Assembly: GCA_048938385.1 (NCBI GenBank)
Contig: JBHLMG010000002.1
Location: 129,596 to 193,595 of the forward strand
Source of the DNA: Promethearchaeota archaeon
Lineage (GTDB): Archaea > Asgardarchaeota > Hermodarchaeia > Hermodarchaeales > Hermodarchaeaceae
Direction: 5' to 3'
Length of the DNA stretch: 64,000 bases
Within the stretch, counting starts at the first letter, position 1. The number at the start of each line of letters is the position of its first letter. Under the pieces are notes generated by a model. That model was not told the DNA's origin. It worked only from the letters and a program-made list of their open reading frames with translations, and did not search any database. Positions 37,379-45,814 of this stretch are shown one piece after another. Made by a program: the position numbers and the translations under genes.

Positions 37379-37768
37379 GTGACCTTCTCATTGAAACAAA
37401 TCGGTGAAGGCCTGCTAAGCCTCAATAAAAGCGTTGAAGGCATACTCTGTGAAATTAACTCTATCCAAGATGTCCTCTCTCTTCTCAAAGAACTTAAGGC
37501 TGAGGAAGAAAGGGGAACACTTGAAGCTAAAATTGTGCTTGTTGAAGATGCAGGGACGACCACTTTGGCTCCTGTTCTCTCCAAACTTAAAGGCGTCGTG
37601 TGTACTTCAGGAGCCTTGGGTTCGCATTTAGCCATAGTCACAAGAGAATTTGGAATCCCTGCTTTAATGGGGACAACCTTAGATTATGATGGTGAACTTT
37701 CAAATCAACGCGTTCGAATCGAACCACGCGAAGGTACATCTGGTGTATTACTTCTCATCGAAACCTAG
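37379..37768 (+). CDS. Stand-alone PEP-utilising-enzyme mobile (swivel phosphohistidine) domain protein
   Basis: GVVCTSGALGSHLAIVTREFGIPALMG contains the conserved catalytic His context. GTG start. Confidence 0.8.
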   Translation: MTFSLKQIGEGLLSLNKSVEGILCEINSIQDVLSLLKELKAEEERGTLEAKIVLVEDAGTTTLAPVLSKLKGVVCTSGALGSHLAIVTREFGIPALMGTTLDYDGELSNQRVRIEPREGTSGVLLLIET

Positions 37769-37796
37769 CAAGAGGTTTTTGGTTGGCTGACAGCGG

Positions 37797-38807
37797 TTGG
37801 TAAAGATGAATTTCAACCTATCTGGTAAAAACACCCATAAGAGTTTCTCAGTGGTTTTCTTTGAGGATCTCTCTCCTGATCAGGTGCATGATTATGGTGG
37901 GAAAGCCATCAACCTTGCTCGGCTCCATCAATTGGGTGTGCGGGTACCCAAAGGATTTGTTATTCCCTCTCACGGATTTATCCAATTTACGAATCAAGAG
38001 GAGTTTTCTGAGTTCATTAGCTTTCTCCGAAAGGAAGACAAAGATATTGAAACTATTCTAGAATCCACGAAAGTCTTTTTTCACACGGCAAGCCAATTAC
38101 CAATCCCTCCACACATCGTCAAAGAAATAATTCGAGGACTCCATCTACTCGAAAGCGATCAGCTCAACCCTCCAACCAGCTATGCCGTAAGGTCATCAGC
38201 AAGCGTCGAAGATACTCACCAAACTTCCTTTGCCGGCCAAGCAGACTCCTTTCTTTGCGTTTCTGAGATACCTTCAATATTGGAAGCCGTTAAACGCACT
38301 TGGCTCTCTGCTTTTTCTCCTCGATCTATCCTCTATCTTCAAGGCAAAGGAATCCCCTTCCACGAGATTCGAATGGGTGTAATTATTCAAGAAATGGTGA
38401 TTGGGGAAATTTCTGGGGTGATGTTCACGGCTAATGTTAGTACGGGAGACAGGAACCAGCTACTCATAGATGCTAACTGGGGCCTAGGTGAAACCATCGT
38501 CGCCGGAAAGGTCAAACCTGATAGCTTCATTCTCCAAAAAAACCCCCTTAAAGTACTTCACCGACACCTAGGTGAAAAACGCCTTCACAGTACGCCCTCG
38601 CCTCCACATCAACCCCGCTATACGCAATTATCAGAAACCCCTGTAGAAAAACGAAAAATCTTCAGCCTCAGTGAAACCCAGCTTTTCGAATTAGCCCAAT
38701 TAGGATTGCATATTGAACACCTGTTTGGAACACCACAAGATGTCGAATGGACCTTTAGGAATGGACAATTCGTTATCCTCCAAACCCGACCTATTACGAC
38801 AATTTAA
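37797..38807 (+). CDS. PPDK_N-type (ATP-grasp, PEP/pyruvate-binding) domain protein
   Basis: YGGKAINLARLHQLGVRVPKGFVI...VRSSASVEDTHQTSFAGQ...GVMFT...GLGETIVAG...DVEW are signatures of the nucleotide-binding domain of PEP synthase / PPDK / rifampicin-phosphotransferase-like enzymes. Confidence 0.8.
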   Translation: MVKMNFNLSGKNTHKSFSVVFFEDLSPDQVHDYGGKAINLARLHQLGVRVPKGFVIPSHGFIQFTNQEEFSEFISFLRKEDKDIETILESTKVFFHTASQLPIPPHIVKEIIRGLHLLESDQLNPPTSYAVRSSASVEDTHQTSFAGQADSFLCVSEIPSILEAVKRTWLSAFSPRSILYLQGKGIPFHEIRMGVIIQEMVIGEISGVMFTANVSTGDRNQLLIDANWGLGETIVAGKVKPDSFILQKNPLKVLHRHLGEKRLHSTPSPPHQPRYTQLSETPVEKRKIFSLSETQLFELAQLGLHIEHLFGTPQDVEWTFRNGQFVILQTRPITTI

Positions 38808-38980
38808 CACAACAGCTGAGACTAAGTCTCCCTCATAACCTACCCTTGGATAAATATAATCAACGAAAGAGCTATTTGGCATCTTGGAAAGTAACTAATG
38901 GCGTCGGTGAAACCTGGGGACGAAAGGTGTGTACAAAATCAGCAAAAAACCTCGCCACGCCCATCAGATGGTGAAAAGTA

Positions 38981-41900
38981 TTGCCACAGAATGATAAATC
39001 AACTCCCACGAATTTTAAAACTGATTTTCCTATGTTCCAAGAGATCGCTAAAGAATCTCCCTTAGGTATTATCGTACTTCAGGAAGGGAAAATACTCTAC
39101 GCCAACGAAAAACTTGCCCAGCTAATAAATTACACCTTAGAAGAAGTTTGGGAACTGACTGCCTCGGATTTTTTGGCTTTTGTGGAGATTTCTGATAAAA
39201 AGGAAGCTGACAAACGGTTAAAATCAGCTCTTAAAGGCGAGGTGAAACCCCAACTCTACCAACTCCGAGTTAAGAGCAAAGATGCCCAAATAAAATGGCT
39301 TCAAGTTTTACCCCAACTCATAACTTTTGAAGAAAAACCCACACTTCTAGCTCTGGTGCTTGATATCACCGATCAAAAACGCGTCGAACAAGCTTACCGT
39401 GACTTGGTCGATAACTCCCTCCAAGGTCTCCTCATCATTCAGGACATGCAGGTGAAATTTGCCAACCAAGCCTTTGCAAGTATGAGTGGATACACAATCG
39501 ACGAGTTGCTAAACCTTTCTCCTCAACAAGTTCAGGACTCGGTCCATCCCGATTACCAGGCACGAGTTTGGGGACGAATGAGAGATCGTCTTGAAGGCAA
39601 ACCCGTTCCGTCCCATTATGAATTCAAAGCCATTCGAAAGGATGGCATTAATCGTTGGCTAGAAATGTATGTGACCGTAATTCAATTTGATGAACGACCA
39701 GCAGTTCAAGCCACAATTATTGATGTAACTGAACGGAAAGAAGCTGACATCCGGCTTCAAGAATCTCAGGCACGATACCGCGAGTTATTTGATGAAGTTC
39801 CGATTGGGCTCTACCGAACTGCCGTTGATGGTCAAATCATCGATGGCAATCCTGCCCTCATTAAACTTCTTGGTGCAAAGGATAAGGAATCCCTTCTCTC
39901 AAAGAATTCTGCCGACTTCTATGTTAATGCCCAAGATCGAAAACGGTGGAAGCAATTGCTGGCAGAGGAGAGCGTTATTACTGGTCAAGAATCTCAATTC
40001 AAACGTCTTGATGGAAAAATCATATGGGTGAGAGACTCTTTTCAAGCAATCCGTGATGAAACGGGTCAAATAAAATATTACGAAGGATCGCTTGAAGACA
40101 TTACTGACCGGAAAAAGGTCGAACAAGCTCTTAGAGACCGTGAAAAACGGTATCGTGCTCTCTTTGATCACACTAACGATGCTGTCTTCATCATTTCTCT
40201 AGATTTAATACATCTTGAAGCGAATCAACGCGCCGCAGATATGTTAGGGTATACAATTGAGGAACTCATTGGTATCCCTGTAGATCAGGTCGTGGCGGAG
40301 GGGGAGTACGAGGATAGTAAACGCGTCCTCCGGGCATTACTTGCAGGTGAACCGGTTCCTGTCTATGAAAGGAAGTTCCGTAAAAAGACGGGTGAAGAAT
40401 TCCCAGTTGAGATTAACGCATCACTAGTAACTGATGCAGAAGGAACTCCATTACACATTCAAAGTGCAGCACGCGATATCACTGAACGAAAACAAGCTGA
40501 ACACGCTCTAAAAGAAAGTGAAGCACGATACCGAACCCTTGTAGAAACCTCTCCTGATGCCATCACTCTAACTGATCTGGAAGGCAAAATCATCATGGCA
40601 AACCAACAAGCCTTACAGCTTTATGGCGCTGAGGATGAGAAAGATCTGATTGGCGTCAGCGCATTCGAACTTATTGATTCTAAAGATGTTCCTCTCGCCA
40701 TGGAAAATCTACAAAAAACAATACGAGAAGGTCATTCAGGTACGCTCGAATATACTCTCCTTCGCCGGGATGGTACTCCTTATCCTGCAGAACTAAATGC
40801 TTCAGTATTAACCGATGTTAACGGAAATCCAACCGCCTTCATAGGGGTCATCCGCGATATCAGTGAGCGTAAAGAAGCCGAAGCTAGGTTCCGTAGTCTC
40901 TTTGATAGTGTTCCGGTAGGGCTATTCCGAACCACGCCTGATGGAACCATTCTCGATGCTAATCCCACCCTTGTACAGATGCTAGGATTTGAGCAAAAAG
41001 AACAACTATTACAACGCAAAGCCTCGAGTTTTTATATTGACCCAACTGAACGGAAACAATGGGAAGCAGCTGTGGCTCGTCAGGAAGTCGTCACCGGCGT
41101 TCAAGCGCAATTTCGTCGCGAGGATGGCGATATTATCTGGGTAGAATTAACTGCTCGGGCCATCCATGATTCAGATGGAAATGTGGACCACTATGAGGGA
41201 ACCCTCGAGGATATCACTGATAGAAAACAAGCTGAACAGGCTCTAAAGGAAAGTGAAGAGAAATACCGAACTCTCGTTGACCAATCTCTACAGGGACATG
41301 TTATCTATCAAGATGGAAAGATCATTTTTGCTAATCCCCAAATGCTCGACACAATTGGATTAACTCAAAAAGAGGTTCTCACCATGCCCACCGAGGCACT
41401 CTGGGAAAATATCCATCCTGCTGATAGAGAACGAATCCAACAACAGATGCAAGATCGCCTTGCAGGAAAACCAGTACCTGAACGCTACGAACTTCGACTT
41501 ATACGTAAAGATGGAACACCTGTGTGGATGGAGGTCTTTGTCAAGCTAATAAACTATCAAGGGAGTCCTGCCTTACAGATTACCAGTTCGGATGTAACAG
41601 AGCGTAAACGCGCAGAGCAAGCCATCAAGGAATCTGAAGAGAAATATCGCAACCTTGTAGAACAATCCCTATATGGCATAGTAATTTCACAAGGAATACC
41701 TCCACGGATCTATTTTGCCAATGAAGCTTTTGCTAACATCACCGGATATCCAGTTGAAGAACTCCTCGCTATGTCCCCTAAAAAAGTCCGAAACATCATT
41801 CACCCCGCTGATCAGGATGTAGTGATAAGTCGTATAGAGGAACGACTCGCTGGGAAAACTGTCCCACAACAATACGAATATAGAGTCGTTCGAAAAGACG

Positions 41901-42418
41901 GCACGGTTCGCTGGGTCGAAATCTTTGCCAATATCATTGAGTACGAAGGAGAACCCGCCATACAATCTGCATACATTGATATCACAGAGCGAAAAGAAGC
42001 TGAAGCTGCTCTGCTAGAATCAGAGGAAAGATTTCGAGCCTTAGTCGAAGAACTCTCCGACTGGGTCTGGGAAATGGATCTCCAAGGCCACATTATCTAC
42101 TCTAACACAGCGGTCGAGGATATTTTGGGCTTTTCTGCTGGCCAAGTTTTAGGACGCACTCCTTGTGATTTCCTGCGTCCAGAAGATGTAGAAAGGGCCC
42201 AACTCACTTGGCAAGAACTTTTACACAGTCGGCGACCGATCCGCACCCTTGTAATTCAGTTTGTACATCGTGATGGGTCCGATGTGATCTTGGAAGCACG
42301 TGGACGCCCATTAGTTAACGAGAAAAATGTGCTCCTCGGGTACCGGGGCATCTGTCGAGATATTACCGATCGGTTGAAAATGCTTGAACAACTTCGCGCG
42401 CTCGATGAACGTCTTTAA
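38981..42418 (+). CDS. Multi-PAS (about 9 PAS/PAC units) sensor protein with no recognisable output domain
   Basis: There are nine junctions of the type I[TS][DE]RK.[AV]E..L.ESE..YR.L (the last is ITDRLKMLEQLRALDERL-stop). No H-box, HATPase, GGDEF or HTH follows. Confidence 0.85.
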   Translation: MPQNDKSTPTNFKTDFPMFQEIAKESPLGIIVLQEGKILYANEKLAQLINYTLEEVWELTASDFLAFVEISDKKEADKRLKSALKGEVKPQLYQLRVKSKDAQIKWLQVLPQLITFEEKPTLLALVLDITDQKRVEQAYRDLVDNSLQGLLIIQDMQVKFANQAFASMSGYTIDELLNLSPQQVQDSVHPDYQARVWGRMRDRLEGKPVPSHYEFKAIRKDGINRWLEMYVTVIQFDERPAVQATIIDVTERKEADIRLQESQARYRELFDEVPIGLYRTAVDGQIIDGNPALIKLLGAKDKESLLSKNSADFYVNAQDRKRWKQLLAEESVITGQESQFKRLDGKIIWVRDSFQAIRDETGQIKYYEGSLEDITDRKKVEQALRDREKRYRALFDHTNDAVFIISLDLIHLEANQRAADMLGYTIEELIGIPVDQVVAEGEYEDSKRVLRALLAGEPVPVYERKFRKKTGEEFPVEINASLVTDAEGTPLHIQSAARDITERKQAEHALKESEARYRTLVETSPDAITLTDLEGKIIMANQQALQLYGAEDEKDLIGVSAFELIDSKDVPLAMENLQKTIREGHSGTLEYTLLRRDGTPYPAELNASVLTDVNGNPTAFIGVIRDISERKEAEARFRSLFDSVPVGLFRTTPDGTILDANPTLVQMLGFEQKEQLLQRKASSFYIDPTERKQWEAAVARQEVVTGVQAQFRREDGDIIWVELTARAIHDSDGNVDHYEGTLEDITDRKQAEQALKESEEKYRTLVDQSLQGHVIYQDGKIIFANPQMLDTIGLTQKEVLTMPTEALWENIHPADRERIQQQMQDRLAGKPVPERYELRLIRKDGTPVWMEVFVKLINYQGSPALQITSSDVTERKRAEQAIKESEEKYRNLVEQSLYGIVISQGIPPRIYFANEAFANITGYPVEELLAMSPKKVRNIIHPADQDVVISRIEERLAGKTVPQQYEYRVVRKDGTVRWVEIFANIIEYEGEPAIQSAYIDITERKEAEAALLESEERFRALVEELSDWVWEMDLQGHIIYSNTAVEDILGFSAGQVLGRTPCDFLRPEDVERAQLTWQELLHSRRPIRTLVIQFVHRDGSDVILEARGRPLVNEKNVLLGYRGICRDITDRLKMLEQLRALDERL

Positions 42419-42419
42419 G

Positions 42420-42499
42420 ATAAAACCTTGTTGCTTCGAGAACATTGTAAAAGGCACCGAAGCGACATGTAGAGCGCAGCTTAGAAAAAGACAAAAACC
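42420..42499 (+). repeat. Direct repeat R1, copy a (~80 nt, about three-quarters identical to 42795..42874 by eye)
   Basis: ATAAAACCTTGTTGCTTCGAGAACATTGTAAAAGGCACCGAAGC... starts 2 nt after the PAS gene stop. It contains a GCTTCG/CGAAGC hairpin. Confidence 0.65.
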
Positions 42500-42538
42500 G
42501 TAGCCAAAAAAGAAAGAACATCAGCGATAGTAGTAAAG

Positions 42539-42745
42539 GTGATCAAGATGTTAAAGCAAGATTTCGTTGCTATTGCGTTGTATGTCACCGCCATTTGTGT
42601 TGCAGTCTTGTTATGGAGCCTTCAGTTCTACTGGCATGCAGTTCTCATTGCGATGATATCCACAGCACTTGGATGGGGGTACTTCAATTATCGAAACAGA
42701 TGGTGGAAGAAGAAAAACGGGAGAAACAGCGAGGGCGGCGCTTAG
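42539..42745 (+). CDS. Small two-TM membrane protein (68 aa; ATG at 42548)
   Basis: Two hydrophobic helices and a basic tail (NYRNRWWKKKNGRNSEGGA). Its 3' 100 nt are duplicated at 43514..43613. Confidence 0.45.
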   Translation: MIKMLKQDFVAIALYVTAICVAVLLWSLQFYWHAVLIAMISTALGWGYFNYRNRWWKKKNGRNSEGGA

Positions 42746-42760
42746 GCGGGTTTCTCCACA
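42646..42760 (+). repeat. Direct repeat R2, copy a (115 nt)
   Basis: It matches 43514..43628 with 4 mismatches, all in the first 37 nt. The last 78 nt are identical. Confidence 0.85.
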
Positions 42761-42794
42761 TAATGAACCCTTTTACTCACGAAGTGTAGGTAAA

Positions 42795-42874
42795 ATAAAA
42801 CCTTGTTGCTTTGCGAACATGGTAAAAGACACCGAAGCATAATGTAAAACCTGCATTAGATAAGACAAATATCA
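42795..42874 (+). repeat. Direct repeat R1, copy b
   Basis: ATAAAACCTTGTTGCTTTGCGAACATGGTAAAAGACACCGAAGC... The hairpin is retained through a C-to-T change that gives a G.U pair. Confidence 0.65.
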
Positions 42875-42880
42875 TCGACT

Positions 42881-43462
42881 CTAGACCCTAAGCGAGCCAC
42901 GGAACCCCCTAGCGCCGTAGTAAGATTCCGCACTGTTGTGATACACAAAGACATTGCCGTAGCGACGATCACAAAAGATGGCGCCACCAAGTTTTCTAAT
43001 ATCAGAAGGTGTTTTCACCCAGCTCGATGTCTTCGTATCAAAATTTCCAAGTTTCTGCAACTCTCGATATTCTTCTTCCGTTAAAAGCTCAATGCCCATG
43101 GCCGCTGCCATATCAATAGCGGTATTTTTTGGTTTATTTGATTTCCTAGCCTCCAACGCTTCACGGTCGTAACAAAGACTTCTGCGGCCTTGAGGACTTT
43201 CCGCTGAACAATCATAAAAAATGTATTCGCTGGTCTTTTTATCATGACCAACAACATCTGGTTCACCGCCGGTTCTTTCCATTTCGTTGAGTGACCACAG
43301 TTTTTCAGGATTAGCTTCCAGCTTTATTTGGACTTTAGCCCATTCAAGCCCCTTGTGGCGGTTCATGTTGTTCTCAAACCGGGCTTTCAATACTCTGAGT
43401 AGTTCTTCACATTGTTTTGGTGACAATTCTTTTTTCAGCCTGCTCATAATCATAGTAATCAT
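42881..43462 (-). CDS. DUF4256 family protein (bacterial-type)
   Basis: LWSLNEMERTGGEPDVV...SWVKTPSDIRKLGGAIFCDRRYGNVFVYHNSAESYYGARGFRGSLRV matches my recollection of the DUF4256 family pattern. The likely ATG is at 43447. Confidence 0.7.
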   Translation of the reverse strand: MITMIMSRLKKELSPKQCEELLRVLKARFENNMNRHKGLEWAKVQIKLEANPEKLWSLNEMERTGGEPDVVGHDKKTSEYIFYDCSAESPQGRRSLCYDREALEARKSNKPKNTAIDMAAAMGIELLTEEEYRELQKLGNFDTKTSSWVKTPSDIRKLGGAIFCDRRYGNVFVYHNSAESYYGARGFRGSLRV

Positions 43463-43513
43463 CTTGAGTTTATAAACTAAATTAAAAAAATTAGTTCATT
43501 ACCTATGTAGTTC

Positions 43514-43628
43514 CCATTGCGATGATATCTACAACAGTTGGATGGGTGTACTTCAATTATCGAAACAGATGGTGGAAGAAGAAAAACGGGAGAAACAGCG
43601 AGGGCGGCGCTTAGGCGGGTTTCTCCAC
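43514..43628 (+). pseudogene. Direct repeat R2 copy b: orphan 3' fragment of the small TM-protein gene, plus 15 nt of its downstream sequence
   Basis: It encodes ...IAMISTTVGWVYFNYRNRWWKKKNGRNSEGGA-stop (stop at 43611-43613). There is no equivalent of the 5' half of the gene, and an in-frame TAA lies upstream at 43473. Confidence 0.7.
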
Positions 43629-43714
43629 AATAAAGCCTTATACCCAAAATGCGTTCTTCTATCACAATTAAATGTATCAACTTGTACTTTAACCGTTCAA
43701 GGAGTTGAGATTCC

Positions 43715-44881
43715 ATGATTGGTGATATCAGCACTCAGGACGCCAACAGCTTACTTCACAGAGCTAGCGCTGCTAGCACTTATCTACTTTCACAGCGCAC
43801 AGCTCTCGAATCAAAACTCTTTCCCGTCACAGCATACAATAGCGTAGCTTGTGCTCAAATCTACCGTGGTTATCAATATAATATTTTCAAACAACTAGCT
43901 AATCACATCTCTCCAGAGAAAATCGGTGAACGCTGTCGCACACTAGCCGCATATCCTAATGTGTTGGGTATGTGGGCTTTCATCGGGCTTTGGGGGTTGG
44001 GTCGTATGCAAGATCTCTTCGATGCAGGAGGTCCTAAGCATGAGCTGCCTGAACGACGCCAGGAAGCAAAGTTTCTCATAGATTTCTGGTATCGAATGGC
44101 CACGAGCTATTATGCGAGCAATCGACCTTTAGCCGCGGAAAATAATGACACAACCCTTGTGTTACCCGATTCAATTCTCACTAGGGTAAAACAGGAGCTT
44201 CATCCCATCTCTAATGATCAACGTAACCAGCTCAAACGCACAATGGCTCAGCTCTACCTTGCAGAATTCCTTTCTTATTGTGAATGTCGTGCCAGTATTC
44301 ATGAAATGGGTCCTTATCCCTTAAACGACAACGAACATCTCATTTTCCGAGAATTTTCACCCCTTTATGATGGGACACGATTAATTTGGGACTGGCATGA
44401 TACCAAAGCCAAATCTCCTATACCCAATCTCTCGGTAGCACTTGTACTCAAAGATATGGATGAACTAATATTCACTGATTTTGCGACGCTGTTTCCCAAA
44501 CCAGAGGACTACTCTGACCACATCACCCATTTTGCTCTCTTCACGCGATACGGTGATAAAATTGAAACTACCTCCTTTTCTGTGTTGAAGGATTTAGAAA
44601 AGTTTGCAACCGATGTTCAAACCGAACTCTACATGAAATTCGCTGAATGGGACGATGTCAAACGCCTAAAAGCCGGCTCCTCCGTCTTCTTAAAGTGGTT
44701 CTACATCTTCACGGATATGGGCAACATCACGGACCAAGTTCCCATGGATTTATCTGAAGACATCGTTGGCGATTACCTCCAACGAATGCTCAAAGCAATG
44801 GGTCACCCGGCCTGGGCACGCCTCTTCCGCAGCAAGGAAGAATGTGATCAAGACCCAAGCTTCTATACACTCACCGACTGA
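43715..44881 (+). CDS. Hypothetical protein (388 aa), first gene of a tight three-gene operon
   Basis: Good coding composition, but I recognise no family motif. The gap to the next gene is 3 nt. Confidence 0.6.
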   Translation: MIGDISTQDANSLLHRASAASTYLLSQRTALESKLFPVTAYNSVACAQIYRGYQYNIFKQLANHISPEKIGERCRTLAAYPNVLGMWAFIGLWGLGRMQDLFDAGGPKHELPERRQEAKFLIDFWYRMATSYYASNRPLAAENNDTTLVLPDSILTRVKQELHPISNDQRNQLKRTMAQLYLAEFLSYCECRASIHEMGPYPLNDNEHLIFREFSPLYDGTRLIWDWHDTKAKSPIPNLSVALVLKDMDELIFTDFATLFPKPEDYSDHITHFALFTRYGDKIETTSFSVLKDLEKFATDVQTELYMKFAEWDDVKRLKAGSSVFLKWFYIFTDMGNITDQVPMDLSEDIVGDYLQRMLKAMGHPAWARLFRSKEECDQDPSFYTLTD

Positions 44882-44884
44882 TAG

Positions 44885-45811
44885 GTGTATCATTCGATGT
44901 TTCATGAAGTCTCCCCACAACAAGAGGGATTTCATAATCCTACATCAGTATACGATTGGAAGGAATCTTACTATTTTCAGTTCTATGATCCAACGGCTAA
45001 ACTCGCTTCTTTCTTCTATATTTCCGCTTATCCGAATGTCCCCAAACAGGATTACCTCCTAGTCAACCTTACTAAAGGTGAAACTGACATCTACCTTAAC
45101 ACGCTGCCCACTCCAGGTAAGCTCGACCTTCTGGATGATGGCTCACTCCGCTTTGAAATGATCGAGCCCCATGAACACTGGAAAATCCACTTCGACGATG
45201 GTAAACGCTTCGCGCAACTGAATTTTACAAAACGATTCGCCCCCTTTGTCTACGACGCAAAGCAGGCCTACCAGCAGGGAGTTCTTGAACAAGAACACTA
45301 CGAGCAGGCTTGTTTCGCTAAGGGTGCCATCCGTTTGGCTGATGGAAAAGAATATGACATCGACTGTTTGGGTCATCGTGACCATTCATGGGGATTGCGC
45401 GATTACGCTGCTATCGATGAATGGAACTGGATAGCTGCTCAATTCTCGTGGTGTACTATCAGTCTCATCAAACTCCACATTGGAACCAAACGCGAAACTG
45501 CAGGATTCCTCTCAAGCCTTTTGGGGAACCAACGCCTCACTGACATCAGATTCGAAACCCACCTCGAAAACGATGGAATCACGCCTCAAGGCTTCACAGT
45601 GCATTTTAGGGACGAACAACAAAAACCGTGGCAACTCGAATCCACGAAATTACAAAGCATGGTCTATCCGCCACGCCAATCAAAACCAGGACAAGAAACC
45701 AATATCTATGAAATCGTCTCCAACTTCACCCTCCGTGATGACCCAAACCTTGGCTATGGAATTGCCGAATACCTCATTAGCCAAAAAATCACCCAAAAAC
45801 CAGGAGTCTAG
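44885..45811 (+). CDS. Hypothetical protein (308 aa) with GHRDHSWGLRDY motif
   Basis: Composition suggests a beta-rich protein. The H-R-D-H-S-W-G-x-R-D motif is reminiscent of the AttH/CrtC-like beta-barrel hydratase superfamily. This is low-certainty recollection. Confidence 0.55.
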   Translation: MYHSMFHEVSPQQEGFHNPTSVYDWKESYYFQFYDPTAKLASFFYISAYPNVPKQDYLLVNLTKGETDIYLNTLPTPGKLDLLDDGSLRFEMIEPHEHWKIHFDDGKRFAQLNFTKRFAPFVYDAKQAYQQGVLEQEHYEQACFAKGAIRLADGKEYDIDCLGHRDHSWGLRDYAAIDEWNWIAAQFSWCTISLIKLHIGTKRETAGFLSSLLGNQRLTDIRFETHLENDGITPQGFTVHFRDEQQKPWQLESTKLQSMVYPPRQSKPGQETNIYEIVSNFTLRDDPNLGYGIAEYLISQKITQKPGV

Positions 45812-45814
45812 CTT

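Noticed and set aside
37705-37725. tRNA T-arm-like GTTCGAATC strings (also at about 21771 and 11803)
   Set aside because: Each lies inside a coding region or a terminator hairpin loop. None has a surrounding cloverleaf (acceptor, D or anticodon stems).
38981-42418. Periodic ~350-nt repetition that could suggest a repeat array or CRISPR-like structure
   Set aside because: The periodicity comes from protein-level PAS domain repeats inside one long intact ORF. There are no short identical direct repeats with unique spacers.
42881-43462. The DUF4256 insert as a classical IS or transposon
   Set aside because: There is no transposase or integrase ORF and no terminal inverted repeats. The flanking repeats are 115-bp direct copies of host gene sequence, far longer than typical target-site duplications.
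43477-43734. 85-aa minus-strand ORF across repeat R2 copy b
   Set aside because: It is antisense to the duplicated gene fragment and runs into the start of the 43715 gene. It has no RBS and non-protein-like composition.
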